Under the pieces are notes generated by a model that searched no databases, had not been told where the DNA came from, and was given only the letters and a program-made list of their open reading frames with translations. Positions 23,826 through 36,933 of a stretch of 64,000 nucleotides of DNA are shown one piece after another. The stretch comes from Octopus sinensis (taxonomy: Eukaryota): positions 15,934,001 through 15,998,000 of the forward strand of contig NC_043025.1 of the NCBI RefSeq assembly GCF_006345805.1. The letters run 5' to 3'. The position numbers were made by a program, and so were the translations under genes. How positions within the stretch are numbered: the stretch's first letter is position 1; each line of letters begins with the position of its first letter.

Positions 23826-24365
23826 TATATATTATCATCATCATAATCTCTTAACGTCCGTTTTTCATGCTAGTATGGGTTGGATGGTTCGACCGGGATC
23901 TGGGAAGCCAGGAGGCTGCGCCAGGCTCCAGTCTGATCTGGCAGTGTTCCTACAGCTGGATGCCCTTCCCAATGCCGACCACCCCGTGTGTGTAGTGGGT
24001 GCTTTTATGTACCACTGGCACGGGCCAGAGGAGGCTGGCAAACGGCCATGATCGGCTGGTGCTTTTTATGTGTCACCAACACGGATGCCTGTTAGGTGGA
24101 ACTGGCATCAGCCATGTTCGGATGGTGCTTTTTACGTGCCACCTGCACAGGTATCTTAACTACAATTTCCATTTGATTGATGTACTTGACTCAATAGGTC
24201 TCCTCAAGAAAAGCGGGTCACTCTACGATCCAAGGTTAGCACAGCAGGCCATCCTGCGAGCCATGAACTCACTTCATTTGTCGGGTCTTCAAAGTCACAG
24301 CATATCTCAGAGGTCTCAGTCTTTCGTCATAGCCTCTGTGAGGCTCAATATACGAAGGTCATGCT
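23826..24365 (-). mobile_element. RTE LINE 3' fragment (diverged subfamily)
   Basis: ORF2 end plus 3'UTR and tail. Confidence 0.75.
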
Positions 24366-25125
24366 GAAGCAACCTATTCAATGTAAAATGCGATCTTCTC
24401 ATCAGGAAAGAAAGGGAGCCTCTCTCAACAACAAGACATTATAACAATTACGATGACTGCCTAAATGATAAACAGAACGTTATTAAGTATTTAAAAAACC
24501 GTTAGCAGATTTGATGTCAAAGGCAGATAGTAGGAAGAGAAGGGTTAAAGGTATAATAAGTAGAGATCAAAGAGAGAGGGATATGTTGATTAAAAAAATG
24601 TTCAAAGGCTTAGAAGTAGATTTCTCTATTGAAGTGGAGTGCAAGTTAAACTAACTGTTCAAACTATAAAGACTGGCGAAATCACTTATATGAGTTAAAG
24701 GTATGTTTCTGCCAGTGTTTACATTTGTAAGATCGCTCTATACGTGTGTTAACAAGGTGATTCATAGAGAAGAGAATATGGAAGAGTTCAGAGTTGCAAA
24801 TGTTACAAAATCTCCTGCCCTTATCAAAAGGAAAGGATACGAACAGTATGAACCAATCTAACTTAAAATCTTTATTGTTGTCTTTAAGATGCCAAACCAA
24901 TTTACTTAGCCCTGTACTATGGCGTTTTTTGCTATCCCTAAATGTTGAATAATGATTTGAAATTCTCTTGGATAACTGGGAAGTGGACGCGCCTATGTAG
25001 AAATAGACATCGGTACCGCAAGAAATTTTACACTGGTATATAGAGTTTCTGATTTTAGAATTATTAGACAAAATTTAATTCTGTTGGGGTTGTCCTCAGA
25101 GATTGAAACAAAGTTTTTATTGCTA
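24366..25125 (-). mobile_element. Second PLE fragment: GIY-YIG domain plus partial pLTR with a truncated hammerhead
   Basis: NSIYQCK...YIGASTSQLSKRISNHYSTFRD is homologous to PLE 1. CTGATGA-GAAG...CTTC at 24366-24413 is cut off just before GAAA. Confidence 0.82.
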
Positions 25126-25254
25126 TGATTATTATTATTATTATTATTATTATCATTATTATTGTTAATACAATTCATATTATTATTAATAATAATACCA
25201 TTATTATTATTAATACTACTCTTCTTCTTATTATTATCAATACTATTATTACTA

Positions 25255-26133
25255 TTATTCTATGTTTGACTTTTGCTTTATATTTGTACAAATTGGCTCC
25301 AAGTCTCACCCAGAGACCTCAAGAGACAACAGGTTGGAAGTTTGTGATGTTGTTATGCCTAGTGTGCTATATATTTGGTTTTGTATTTAGTGTTGTACTA
25401 GTGAATGTCTAAAAAAACCACAAAAATACCCCGAAAATTATGTTTGTTTTAAAACTTGAGATTACATAGAAAGTATATTGCGTAGGATATGAGCAGTTCC
25501 CATGAGCACTATCTTTTGAATTTCTGCCATTTTGGGGTTTCCTGGTATCTGAGTTAGATAGCAATCAGCCTCTTTTGCTATCATTCCCAGGGCACCTATG
25601 ACAACAGGTATTGTTTTAGTCTTCAGCTTCCACATTCTGCTGATTTCTATTTCAAGATCTTTATATTTGCTCAGTTTTTGGTAGGTCTTGACAGATACGT
25701 TTATATCGATTGGGGCAGTCATATCAATGAGGAGGCATGTTCTTTGTCTGAAGTCTTTCAGTATGATGTCTGGCCTATTTGCATCTATCTTTCTGTCAGT
25801 TTGAATGGTGAAGTTCCAGAGGAGTGAGATGTGGTCATTTTCAAGCACAGGAGGTGGTTTGCGTTCCCACCAGTTCTTTTCATGGGGCAAATCCAGGTTT
25901 TTGCAGATTACCCATTGAATATATTGTGCAGCTCTATCATGCCTGCTAGAAGACTGCACTTGGAGACAACATGATCAATGGTTTCATTTTGTCGTTGACA
26001 TACACGACATGTTGGGCTACTGCCGTTCTTTAATATGTTGGCCTGGTAGTTCCTTGTAGGTAGGCATTGATCTTGAGCTGCTATGATATTTGTTCCTACC
26101 AGTTTTTTTCATGGGGCAAATCCAGGTTTTTGC
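25255..26133 (-). mobile_element. 5'-truncated R4/Dong-clade LINE (restriction-like endonuclease) within (TAA)n
   Basis: CRVCQRQNETIDHVVSKC knuckle, then RHD...NRPDII...IDM...KLSKYKDL (RLE); (TAA)n on both sides. Confidence 0.85.
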
Positions 26134-26203
26134 TTATTATTATTATTATATTATTATTATTATTATTATTATTATATTATTATTATTATTATTATTATTA
26201 TAA

Positions 26204-29187
26204 CCTTTTAATCTGCAACACTAACTTCAGGAAGCCTGACTGCCACCTTATAACCTATCAGTCAGGAGACTCCGCTAGCCAAATAGACTTCATCCTCACC
26301 AGACAGCGGGATGCAGGGTCGCTCTTAAATACAAAGACCCTCCCGGGTGAAGAATGTATCCCTCAGCATAGGCTAATCATCAGTGACTTTAAGCTTGAGG
26401 CCAGAAGGACTCCAAGAAACAAACCAATCCAGAAAAGAAGGATTTGGAAGCTAAAGAACCCTTCACATGGTCAGAGATTTAGGGACATCCTCATCAAGAA
26501 ATTTAATGAGAGGGAGGAGGAGCTTCAGACGTCGGACATAGAAGGTAGCTGGGAATTCCTACGGGACAGCTTGCTGAGTGCCACAGACCAAATCTGCAGA
26601 TGGTGCAAATCCATTCCAGACCTAGAGTTACGTGGTGGTGGAATAGTGCAGTAGACAAAGCCATTAGTGCAAAGAGACAGGCCTGGAAAGCCTGGAGGGA
26701 TGGGGGCAGCAGGGAACTGTACCAGGTAGCCAAAAGGGAGGCTGGGCGGCAGGTATACATAGCCAAAGATGTAGCAGAAAAGAAGAAGTTTGCCAATGTC
26801 CTGCAACGTGAGGACCAAAGAGCTGAGGTATTTCGGATTGCCAGACAGTGTGTGAGAGAAAATAGTGATGTTACAGGAGAGAAATGCGTCCGCATGGATG
26901 ATGGGGCACTTGCTTTTACTGTTGGTGAAAAGAAAGAGACTTGGAGAAGCCATTATGAAAGACTACTGAATGAGGTGAATGAATGGGAGGAGGAGAGCCT
27001 GCCAAATATTGACCCAGTAGAGGGACCAGCTATCCGAATAGACAGCTCCCTTGTAGTTAAGGCAATTAAGGATATGAAACCAGGTAAAGCCCCCGGCCCA
27101 TCAGGAATCACTGCTGAGATGCTTAAAACAGCTGGCATTGTGGGCTATGGCCTAGTCACCCGCATTGTAAACCAGGTAGTTCATAATGGAGTCATACCCA
27201 ATGACTGGCGTAGCAGCACCATAGTCAACTGCTACAAGGGTAAGGGTGATGCTCTAGATAGGAATAACTACAAGGGTATCAAACTGCTGGATCAGGAAGT
27301 TTCACAGAGAGGGTCATAACCAATCTCATTAGGGAGAGAATTTGCTTAGATGAGATGCAGTTCGGTTTTGTGCCGGGTAGAAGCACCACCGATGCCATAT
27401 TCCTGGTTCGACAACTGCAGGAGAAGTACCTAGCTAAAGATAAACCCCTCTACATAGCTTTTGTGGACTTGGAGAAAGCCTTTGACAGGGTCCCCCAATC
27501 CCTTATCTGGTGGTCGATGCGGAAACTGGAGATTGATGAATGGTTAATAAGGGCTGTACAGGCCCTATACAGAGAGGCCGTTAGCAAAGTTAGAATTGAC
27601 AACAAATATAGTGAATAATTCCGAGTAGAAGTAGGGGTCCACCAAGGCTCAGCCCTCAGTCCCCTTTTATTCATCATAGTCCTCCAGGCAATAACAGAGA
27701 AATTCAAAACAGGATGCCCCTGGGAGCTCCTCTATGCTGATGACCTGGCCCTCGTAGCAGAATCACTACCGGAACTAAAAAAGAAATTTCGGGTCTGGAA
27801 ACAAGGGTTAGAATCAAAGGGCCTTAGAGTAAATGTAGCAAAGACCAAAGTTATAGTAAGTAGAAAGGCGAACTCAGCACACACCCCCTCGGGCAGGTGG
27901 CCCTGCTCGATCTGTAGGAAAGGTGTAGGTAGAAACTCCATAAGATGCACCCAATGTAAGCTATGGACGCATAAGAGGTGCAGCAACATCAAAGGGAAAT
28001 TAACTGATAAGATAGCTTTCATGTGCGGCAGATGCACAGGGACAATAGATACCACAGATACTCAGAAAACAGATTCCATCACACTCCAGGGGGAGAAACT
28101 AGAAGTAGTTGATAGTTTCCGCTACCTGGGTGACCAAGTTAGTAGTGGAGGTGGATGCTCAGAGAGTATCACCACTAGAATACGAATAGCCTGGGCAAAG
28201 TTCAGAAAGCTCCTACCCCTACTGGCGACAAAGGGTCTCTCGCTCAGAGTGAAAGGTAGATTGTATGATGCATGTGTGCGAACTGCCATGCTTCACGGTA
28301 GTGAAACATGGGCTGTGACTGCAGAGGACATGCGTAGACTTGAAAGGAATGAAGCTAACATGATCCGCTGGATGTGTAATCTCAGTGTGCACGCACGACA
28401 GTGTAAGCACCCTGAGAGAAATGCTGGACATAAGAAGCATCAGATGTGGTGTGCAAGAGCGACGCTTGCGATGGTATGGTCATGTACTGCAGATGGATGA
28501 GGAGAGATGTGTGAAGAAGTGCCGCTCCCAAACAGTTGAAGGTATCAGGGGGAGAGGTAGACCCAGGAAGACATGGGATGAGGTAGTCAAGCATGACCTC
28601 CGAGCGTTGGGCCTCACTGAGGCAATGGCAAAGGACCGAAATCTCTGGAGATATGCTGTGACTGCAAAGACCCAGGCTACTTCCTGCACCAGTTCCGCAT
28701 AGCCCCTGCCCATTCAAAGTACCTTGGATTCCAGAACATCCCGCTGTGCTTGAGGAGACCTGTTGAGTCAAGTACATGAACATCGAAATAAATATCAATG
28801 GAAATAGTAGTTGTGATACATAAAAAGCACCATCCATACGTGGCCGTTGCCAGCGCTTACTCGACTGGCTTCTGTGCCGGTGGCACATAAAAAACACCAT
28901 CCAAACGTGGCTGATGCCAGCGCCACCTTGGCTGGCTTCCGTGCCGGTGGCACGTTAAAAGCTCCAACCAATCGTGGCCGATGCCGGACCGCCCTGGCAC
29001 CTGTGCAGGTGGCACGTAAAAAGCACCTACTACAGTCGCAGAGTGGTTGGCGTTAGGAAGGGCATCCAGCTGTAGAAACTCTGCCAGATCAGACTGGAGC
29101 CTGGTGCAGCCCCTGGCTTCCCAGACCCCGGTCGAACCGTCCAACCCGTGCTAGCGCGGAAAACTGACGTTAAACGATGATGATGAT
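26204..29187 (+). mobile_element. ~3-kb RTE LINE (partial APE, RT, Cys-rich insert, 3'UTR, (GAT)n tail), disrupted
   Basis: SQIDFIL, KAPGPSG, QFGFVPGRSTTDAIF, FVDLEKAFDRV, YADD, RLRWYGH; frameshifts and a TAA near 27616. Confidence 0.92.
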
Positions 29188-29311
29188 CATCATTATTATT
29201 ATTATTATTATTATATGAGGGTTGGAATTAACGAGATTAATGTTGGAACTCCCAGATAAAGAACCGTTATTTAGCAGATTGGTATTGTGAGAAGATATAA
29301 TTTGTGAGAGA

Positions 29312-29395
29312 TTCTTAGTGTTGGAGAAGATTGCATTTTACACCGTTTATTCCTTTGGAATAAAACCATGTTGTCTTCGAAACATATGTCAAAAG
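29312..29395 (+). ncRNA. Decayed hammerhead homologous to the PLE 2 ribozyme
   Basis: gaagattgcattttaca...tcttc-GAAA-CATATG-TC; helix II 5' arm matches gaagatcgcattttaca of PLE 2; the CUGANGA core is degenerate (gtgttgga). Confidence 0.5.
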
Positions 29396-29447
29396 TAAAA
29401 GAATTTTATTTACATCTTCGTTCAACTTCATTTATTTATTTATTCAT

Positions 29448-29529
<82 letters not shown>

Positions 29530-30133
29530 TATATACATACATACACACACCACACACACATGCATAAGACATTAATGATGTCGATAAATTCTTTATGGGC
29601 GATTTAAAGATATGAACTTGAAATACATCAATAGAAGCTCATTTATATATCTGCTACTAATTTTCTTTGTGTGGATTGAAAAAATGAATGTTAGCCTTAA
29701 TTGATTTTTATGATTGATTTTTGATTGATTTTAAACCTGAGTCTTATCAGAGGTGTCAATATCAATTTCATCAATTCCAGAGAAACAAGCTGCCAATCAG
29801 CAAGTACAGAGAATTGGGGACACTAATTTGCATGTTGTATTTGATATTAGGGGTCAGCGGGGATCTGAGTGCACACAGTATATGTAACCTATATGGAGGA
29901 GACCCCTTTCAGTCATGAATGACCATGGGATGCACCTAGAAAGTTCCTCTCCGAAGCACAAGTCTGGGCAAGACCAGAGGCAGTTGCCCATGTATACCAG
30001 CCTCCCCTGCTACTGCGGTTGTCCAAGGGAAAGGAAAAGGGGCCGATACAACTTCGCACCAGTGACATCACAACTCTTTTCTACATCTGAGTGAACTGAA
30101 CACAGTGCCTGGTCCAAGAATTGAACTCACTAC

Positions 30134-30307
30134 CAGTAGCATAGCTAGGTGGTGGGGGGGCCAGTAGTGGTGGTTCGCCCCGGGTGGCACTTTTAAAGTG
30201 TCACCACTTTTGGGTCTGCTGTAGGCAATATGTGTTTTTTTGTGGGGTCCTTGGGGCAGCAAATAGAAGGGCCACCCTGAGCGGCACACACTCTAGCTAC
30301 ACTATTG
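30134..30307. mobile_element. hAT-like MITE (15-bp imperfect TIR, 8-bp TSD)
   Basis: cagtagcatagctag / ctagctacactattg; left TSD CTCACTAC; the right TSD (CTCACTGC) survives in the inverted duplicate at 31498-31637. Confidence 0.65.
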
Positions 30308-30832
30308 CCTGATGATCGTGAGCCGAATGCTCTCACCACTGAACCATTGTAGATATATAAGTAGGGTTAATTTTGTTATTTAGGCAAGGGAGCCAGCTGG
30401 CAGAATCGGTGGCACTCTGGGCAAAATACTTTGTGACATTACGTCCATCTTTATATTTTGAGTTCAAATACTGCCATGGTCGACTTTGCTTTGCATCCTT
30501 TTGGGCTCAATGAAATAAGTACCAGTTGAATACTGGGGTAATGTCAGCCTCTTTTGCCAAACTCCTAAGTTACGAGGAGTGTAAACAAACCAACACTGGT
30601 TTGACAAGTGGTGAATGGGAGACACACACACATACACACCACGGGCTTCTTTTAGTTTTCATCTACAAATCCACTCATTAGGTTTTGGTCGGCCTGATAC
30701 TATTGTAGAAGATACTTGCTCAAGGTGTCACACAGTGGGACTGATCCCAGAACCATTCAGTTGGGAAGCACACTTCTTACCATACAACCGTACTTGCTTC
30801 TTTAAAGCCACAATTGTACCTATATATATATA

Positions 30833-30997
30833 GGCACAGGAGTGGCTGTGTGGTAAGTAGCTTGCATACCAACCACTTGGTTTCGGGTTCAGTCCCACTG
30901 TGTGGCACATTGGGCAAGTGTCTTCTACTATAGCCTTGGGCCGACCAAAGCCTTGTGAGTGGATTTGGTAGACGGAAACTGAAAGAATCCTGTCGTA

Positions 30998-31047
<50 letters not shown>

Positions 31048-31222
31048 ATGTGTGTTTGTCCCCCAACATCACTTGACAACCGATGCTGGTGCGTTTACGT
31101 CCCCATAACTTAGCGATTCGGCAAAAGAGACTGATAGAATAAGTACCAGGCTTACAAAGAATAAATCTTGGGGTCGATTTGCTCAACTAAAGGCGGTGCT
31201 CCAGTATGGCTGCAGTTAAATA
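30833..31222 (+). mobile_element. tRNA-derived SINE B
   Basis: Family match. Further copies at ~32400-32760, 45607-46002, 47425-47835, 61025-61333 and 63355-63690 (+), plus partial copies on both strands. Confidence 0.85.
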
Positions 31223-31699
31223 CTCGGGGATATCCTAGAAACAGCTGTAAGATTTTGAATTTCTTCCAATAATAATATTGTATCCGACTTGAGACGCTTG
31301 CCTTACCTCATTGTCCTGTTTAACAATTGTATATCATCATCATCATTTAACGTCTGCTTTCCATGCTGGCATCGGTTGGACGGTTTGACTGAGGGCTGGC
31401 AAGCCAGAAGGCTGCGCTAGGCTCCAATCTGATTTGCCAGTTTCTACAGCTGGATGTCCTTCCTAATGCCAACACTCTCAGAGTTGTTGGCATTAGGTCA
31501 GGTTAGAGCATTCGGCTCACGATCATGAGGCAGTGAGCAATAGTGTAGCTAGAGTGTGTGCCGCTCAGGGTGGCCCTTTTGTTTGCTGCCCCTAGGGCCC
31601 CACAAAAAAACACATATTGCCTACAGCAGACCCAAAACTCTGAGAGTGTAGTGGATGCTTTTTACATGCCACCGGCATGAGGGCCAGTCAGGTGGTACT

Positions 31700-31925
31700 G
31701 GCACGGGATTCAATGTGTGACCGCGTGTGTATCATTGGCAATTTTTTTTTCCCTCTGTCTTCTCTTCCTTGGATCTTTCCTTTTTCTATGTTTCTGACAA
31801 AGAGCTCTGCTCGAAATGTTAAATCCTCCTTCTTTCTTTCCTTTCCTGAGCGTCCAATAACACTATACTTGTTCCACGTCCTCGCGTTGTGTTTTATCTT
31901 TGTGTTTTCATGTTTGGATTAACTT
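31700..31925 (+). mobile_element. Short pLTR-like repeat with a decayed minimal hammerhead (second copy 38295-38500)
   Basis: TTT-CTGACAA-A-GAGC tct GCTC-GAAA-TGTT-AAA (31791-31823) and TTT-CTGACGA-A-GAGC tct GCTC-AAAA-TGTT-AA (38369-38401); both end at (TA)n. Confidence 0.55.
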
Positions 31926-32789
31926 TATATAAATATATATATGAGTGTATAAAATTTATACACAGAGACTATTAAATGGTCTTCTTACATGCTAAAAAGG
32001 GCAGTCAAATCCCCAAACCATGAAAGAACATTCTTATTTAGGGCACTTTGATTGTAAGCGAGCAGGACAATTTGAAAGAATTAAAATATCAATTAATTTC
32101 ATACTCTGAAGTTTCACCATTAATGATTAAATACACCAATTAATTAATCAACCAATCAATGAATCAACCATCCATAGATCTTCAGTAGATGTATAATTAA
32201 GAGACATATAATTAAAAGATTCGAATACGTCCCGAAACACAAAGGAAACCCGGGCATACTAAGTTGCATTGTTACACATTCGAGAATTTTATACTTTTGT
32301 ATATTTTAAAAATATTTGTCTACTGACATTTTTTTACGCATGCCAGCCACTAGTATAAATTGTTATTTTTAATAGTCTTTACTCTTTATATATATATATA
32401 GGCACTGGAGTGGCTGTGTGGTAAGTAGCTTGCTTACCAACCATATGGCTCTGGGTTCAGTCCCACTGTGTGGCACCTTGGGCAAGTGTCTACTATAGCC
32501 TTGGGCTGACCTAAGCCTTGTGAGTGGATTTGGTAGATGGAAACTGAAAGAAGCCTGTCATATATATATGTATGTGTGTGTGTGTTTGTCCCCCACTATC
32601 GCCTGACAACTGATGCTGGTGTGTTTATGTCCCTGTAACTTAGAGGTTCGGCAAAAGTGACAGATAGAATAGGTACTAGGTTTACAAAGAATAAGTCTTG
32701 AGGTCGATTTTGTTTGACTAAAGGCCGTAAATCAAGTGACTGAAACAAACAAATAAAAGAATATATATGTATTTTGGAATTTTGGAATT

Positions 32790-33125
32790 GGCAGCTATAC
32801 CAATCCCTGAACTGGACAGCATCAGACCAAAGATCCCGTCTTCCCCATCTAAAATAAAGACACAGAACTGCAATAGTCTGGGTTTCAAGAGCCTGCAATT
32901 GTTCAACATCCTTCCTGGTAACCTTAGAGATCTACAGGGTGTTGATGTAGAAGTTTCCAAGGAACGCCTGGACAGGTTTCTGTCTTGAGACACCAGATGA
33001 ACCCACATTGCGGCAGGAGATGCAGAGAAGAGCAGCTCCGTCCCCCTCGCTGCTTCATCAAAACCAAAAGCGGAAACAGCACCGAGTAACTACAAGTGGT
33101 GCCCCAGCATGGGCTGTAACCAGTA
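32790..33125 (+). mobile_element. CR1-like LINE 3' fragment
   Basis: CNSLGFKSLQLFNILPGNLRDLQGVDVEVSKERLDRFLS resembles the ORF2 C-terminus of CR1-group elements. Confidence 0.6.
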
Positions 33126-33141
33126 AAAGATAAAACATATA

Positions 33142-33590
33142 TTGGCTCATCCCATAAAGAATGCAGTTTTTTTATACTTTTATTTTTCAGAATTAAGATA
33201 AACTAAGTTTTTTTAAACCTAATATCCATTCTCCTTCATTTTCTACAATGCTCTTCGATCTATCTCGTAGATTTGCAAGGACCCTCTTCCAAAATTCCCT
33301 TGTCCGTGACGAAAAATACTCCTCCACTACTCTTCTGATCTTGTCTACAGAATTCATATTTTTCTGTCCATAATGATTTTGAAGACTGCAGAATAAATGA
33401 TAATCAGATGGGGCAATGTCCAGCAAATATGGTGGGTGGGGCATCGTTTCCCATTGAAAGGGCTCCAGTCTTTTGAGTGTGATCCTTGCTGCATGTGGCT
33501 GAGCATTATCCTGATGGAAGAACACCTTTCATCTTGAAACCAAAGATGGTCATTCTTCTTCTGCTCGCAGTCGGTCTCCTTTGTTATCGT
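33142..33590 (-). mobile_element. Mariner (DD34D) transposon 3' fragment
   Basis: HQDNAQPH...PHPPYLLDIAPSDYHLF...IVENEGEW; ends at TA. A ~68-bp piece recurs at 59697-59765. Confidence 0.85.
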
Positions 33591-34419
33591 TTGGTTTGGT
33601 TTAAAAGTTCATATCTCACCTTACGTTGGTGAAGCCTAGGGTTGCAGTGTTTCTCCTTTCTCTACCCACAGTCTTTTCTCCTTTCTCCTTTCTCTACCCA
33701 CAGTCTTTTGTGCTTGACATTTTTATAGAAAACCCATTTCTCATTACCAGTCACTGTTCGGTCCCAAAAAAGGTTCATTCGTGAGACATGGCAGCAAAGA
33801 AGGGCACACATTCACTCTGTGTGCGTGATTAGACTCAGAAAGTTTGCAGGAACCCATTGGCCTTACTTGCTAAGGGATCTGGAGCAGCGTGAAGTAAAGT
33901 GTCTTGCTCAAGAACACAACATTCAGCCTCGGCCAGGGAATCAAACTCATTACCTCATGATTGTAAACCACTGTTTTTTCAATGCCCCCTTGGATCTTTT
34001 TCACCCCACCCCCCCTGCCACTTCCAAGGGGGCAGTACTGGTCTCTTTGGGACAATCTCTGTAGTGGAAGATATTAGGTAGCTACCTCAGTTGGAGATAA
34101 ACAGGGGGGAAAGGGAAGGGAGATAGGAGATGGTTACGGGGGGGGGGGGGCTGTGGAGGGAAGGCGTGTGTGTGTGTGTGTATATGGCAAGTGGGTTGGT
34201 GAGGGAGAGTGTGGTGGGAAGACACTGGGGTGGGGGTTGAAGCGATTCAACAGGGACATATTACATACCAGGTAGGGTCACGAGGGGGAGGGGAAACACA
34301 GTGAGTGGTGAACATGGTTGGGGGATGGGGGCGGGGCGGGGAACCGAGGTTGTGAAGCATTACATGGCTCACATCTCTAATGGCTTCTGACAGCAACCAG
34401 CTTGCTGAAGGAAGGAAAC

Positions 34420-34456
<37 letters not shown>

Positions 34457-34742
34457 GTTTGGAGCATACCTGGGGGTGGGGGTGGGGGAAGTTGTAGGGT
34501 TTGGATCTGGCGAGTGGACAGGTTCAGTTCATGGAGAGGGGGGGAAGGGGAACTCAGTGAATGGTGGACAGGGGGGGTGGGGTGAGGAAGGTGAGTTGTG
34601 GGGGGGTAGAGATTTGTCAGGGACTACACACACACACACACACACACACCACACACACATGCATATATACATTTATTCAGCCTCATGAAAATATAACATT
34701 GACATACTGGGTTGTAACACTGAAATAATAATACAGAAATAG

Positions 34743-34773
<31 letters not shown>

Positions 34774-35027
34774 TACACATGCACACATGTACTTATGTAC
34801 ATACATACATGTGTGTGTGTGCATACACGTACACACAACATGCTTCTTTTAGTTTCTGCCTGCCAAATCAAGGCTTTGGTTGACCTAGAACTTCAGTAGG
34901 AGAGACTTGCTCAAGGTGGTGAGCAGTGGAACTGAACCTGAGATCAAATGTTTGGGGAGCCAGCTTCATGACCACACGACCCCACTTATAATGCAATTTG
35001 AGGGTAAAAAAGATACACACAGACTTA

Positions 35028-36026
35028 TCTATATATATAAAACTGAGAATGTCTGTCTGTCTGTCTGTGTGTTTCCCTAAAACTTGAGAACTACACAACC
35101 AATTTCATTCAAATTTTACACATGTCTTACTTAGGGTCCATGTAGTTTCATGGACAAAAAAAAAATGTTCAACTTGCCTAGAGCGAGCCCATAGCAATAT
35201 CATATCTTCTCTACTATTTCAGTATTACGTGTTAAAAGTGAAACAAAAGCATTTCTCTATTTTATGTCAGATAGTTTCACTTTAACAATAAAAATAATAA
35301 TTACAATTGAATTATTGAAGTAAATAATAATTAAAATCAAACTAAAGTAAAAATAGCAATTGGTATAAAATTGCATCAATGACTTGAACTTGAATAAGTG
35401 GTTTCTCATGAATGGGAATAAATAAAAAATAAAATTAGCGTGCAGAAATGGAATAGTCCAGATGGATAATACAAAATTAAATTAAAGAAAAGACTATTGT
35501 CTATAAAGTATACAATGTAGGGAGAAAAGAAGATTTGAACACTTGGAGGAAAGCACCTTCGAAAAGTGTCTTGGTGCGACTATGAAAGGTATCTAATCAG
35601 AGGCGGTAAATTTGCCACAATAGAAGCAAGGTTCGAATCAATGGAGCGCGCAAAGGAGTACTCGACTTGAACTTGCAAAGTGGAAATATTTTATTTTTAC
35701 CTTTATATCTGGGACGTAGGATGTCCCAGAAAAAAATTTTAAATACACCCTCCCCCAAGTAGAGGTAGGCTGGATTGTAGCCACACTTCTATACAAGAGG
35801 GAGGACAAAATACAATTGATCGAAATTACAAGAGATGGGCTAACAATTCCAGTCTGTTATATATTTTGAGTATTGTTATCACTAGCGATATCAAGATATA
35901 ACTTTGTATTTTGTATTTTATGTGTAGATGTATATATATAGATGTACATGTAATATGTACACATATATATACACATGTATATATGCACTAGCACTATGAC
36001 CCGGAACGACGGGTCTTTAATGCTAG
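35028..36026 (+). mobile_element. Non-autonomous Helitron-like element carrying a gag ORF1 fragment
   Basis: A|TC start, (GTCT)n, subterminal hairpin gacccg-gaacga-cgggtc, CTAG|T end. 35490-35850 translates with frameshifts to gag-like peptides. Confidence 0.75.
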
Positions 36027-36933
36027 TATATATATAAATACATACAGTTTTAAAACCAGAATAGAATACACACACGCATACATATATACACTTGTGATTC
36101 CTTACATATACACACTGTGTAGTGACATATGTACAGGTGCAAAGGTATGTGACATTTGGAAGAGCATCCAGCAATAGAAAGCGTGTCAACACAGACTATG
36201 GACGCTGGTGCAGCTCTCTGGCTAACTCCTTTCTGCCAAACTGTCTAATCTTGTGACTCTCAGCCATTTTTTGTTTTGCCTACGAAGCCCTTTTGATTCA
36301 TATTTAATCCAGGAATGAGACCCCCATAGCCATTTGATGTCTAAAAGCAACTGTTAGGTTTTTAAGATTAAATATTATTTTGGAATTTTATTTAAGAAAT
36401 ATTTAAATATTTTGTTTTATTGATTCCAGGACTGGGCTTGTGCCAGACATTTCATTTCATGTTGCTCAAGTTCACTCAGCTGTAGAAATGAGTTGCGGGG
36501 TCACTGATGCAAAGCTGCGTCAGTCCCCTTTGCCTTTCTCTTGGATAACATCAGTCGCTTGGAGAGGGGAGACTGGTATGCATGGACGACTGCTGGTCTT
36601 CCGTAAACAACCTTGCCCACACTTGTGCTTGAGAAGGTGACTTCCTAAGTGCAATCCTGGGGTCATTCATGACCAAAGGGGCTCCTCACCCTTTATCCTT
36701 CTACTGTAGAAAAATAACCAGTTTATTGCAGATAAATTTTAACAACAAAATCTTATATGGACCCTTAAGGGGCCAGGTATCTCGGTCCTTTGTCATCTCA
36801 TTTGAAAGGTTCAGGGGTAATTTGTATACATCTTTACTCGTGTGTGTCTGTAAATGTGCATCGATGTCTATTTGTGTCTGTGAATATATATCTGTACACA
36901 CATCCATATATGTCATTATCATCTAACATCTGT

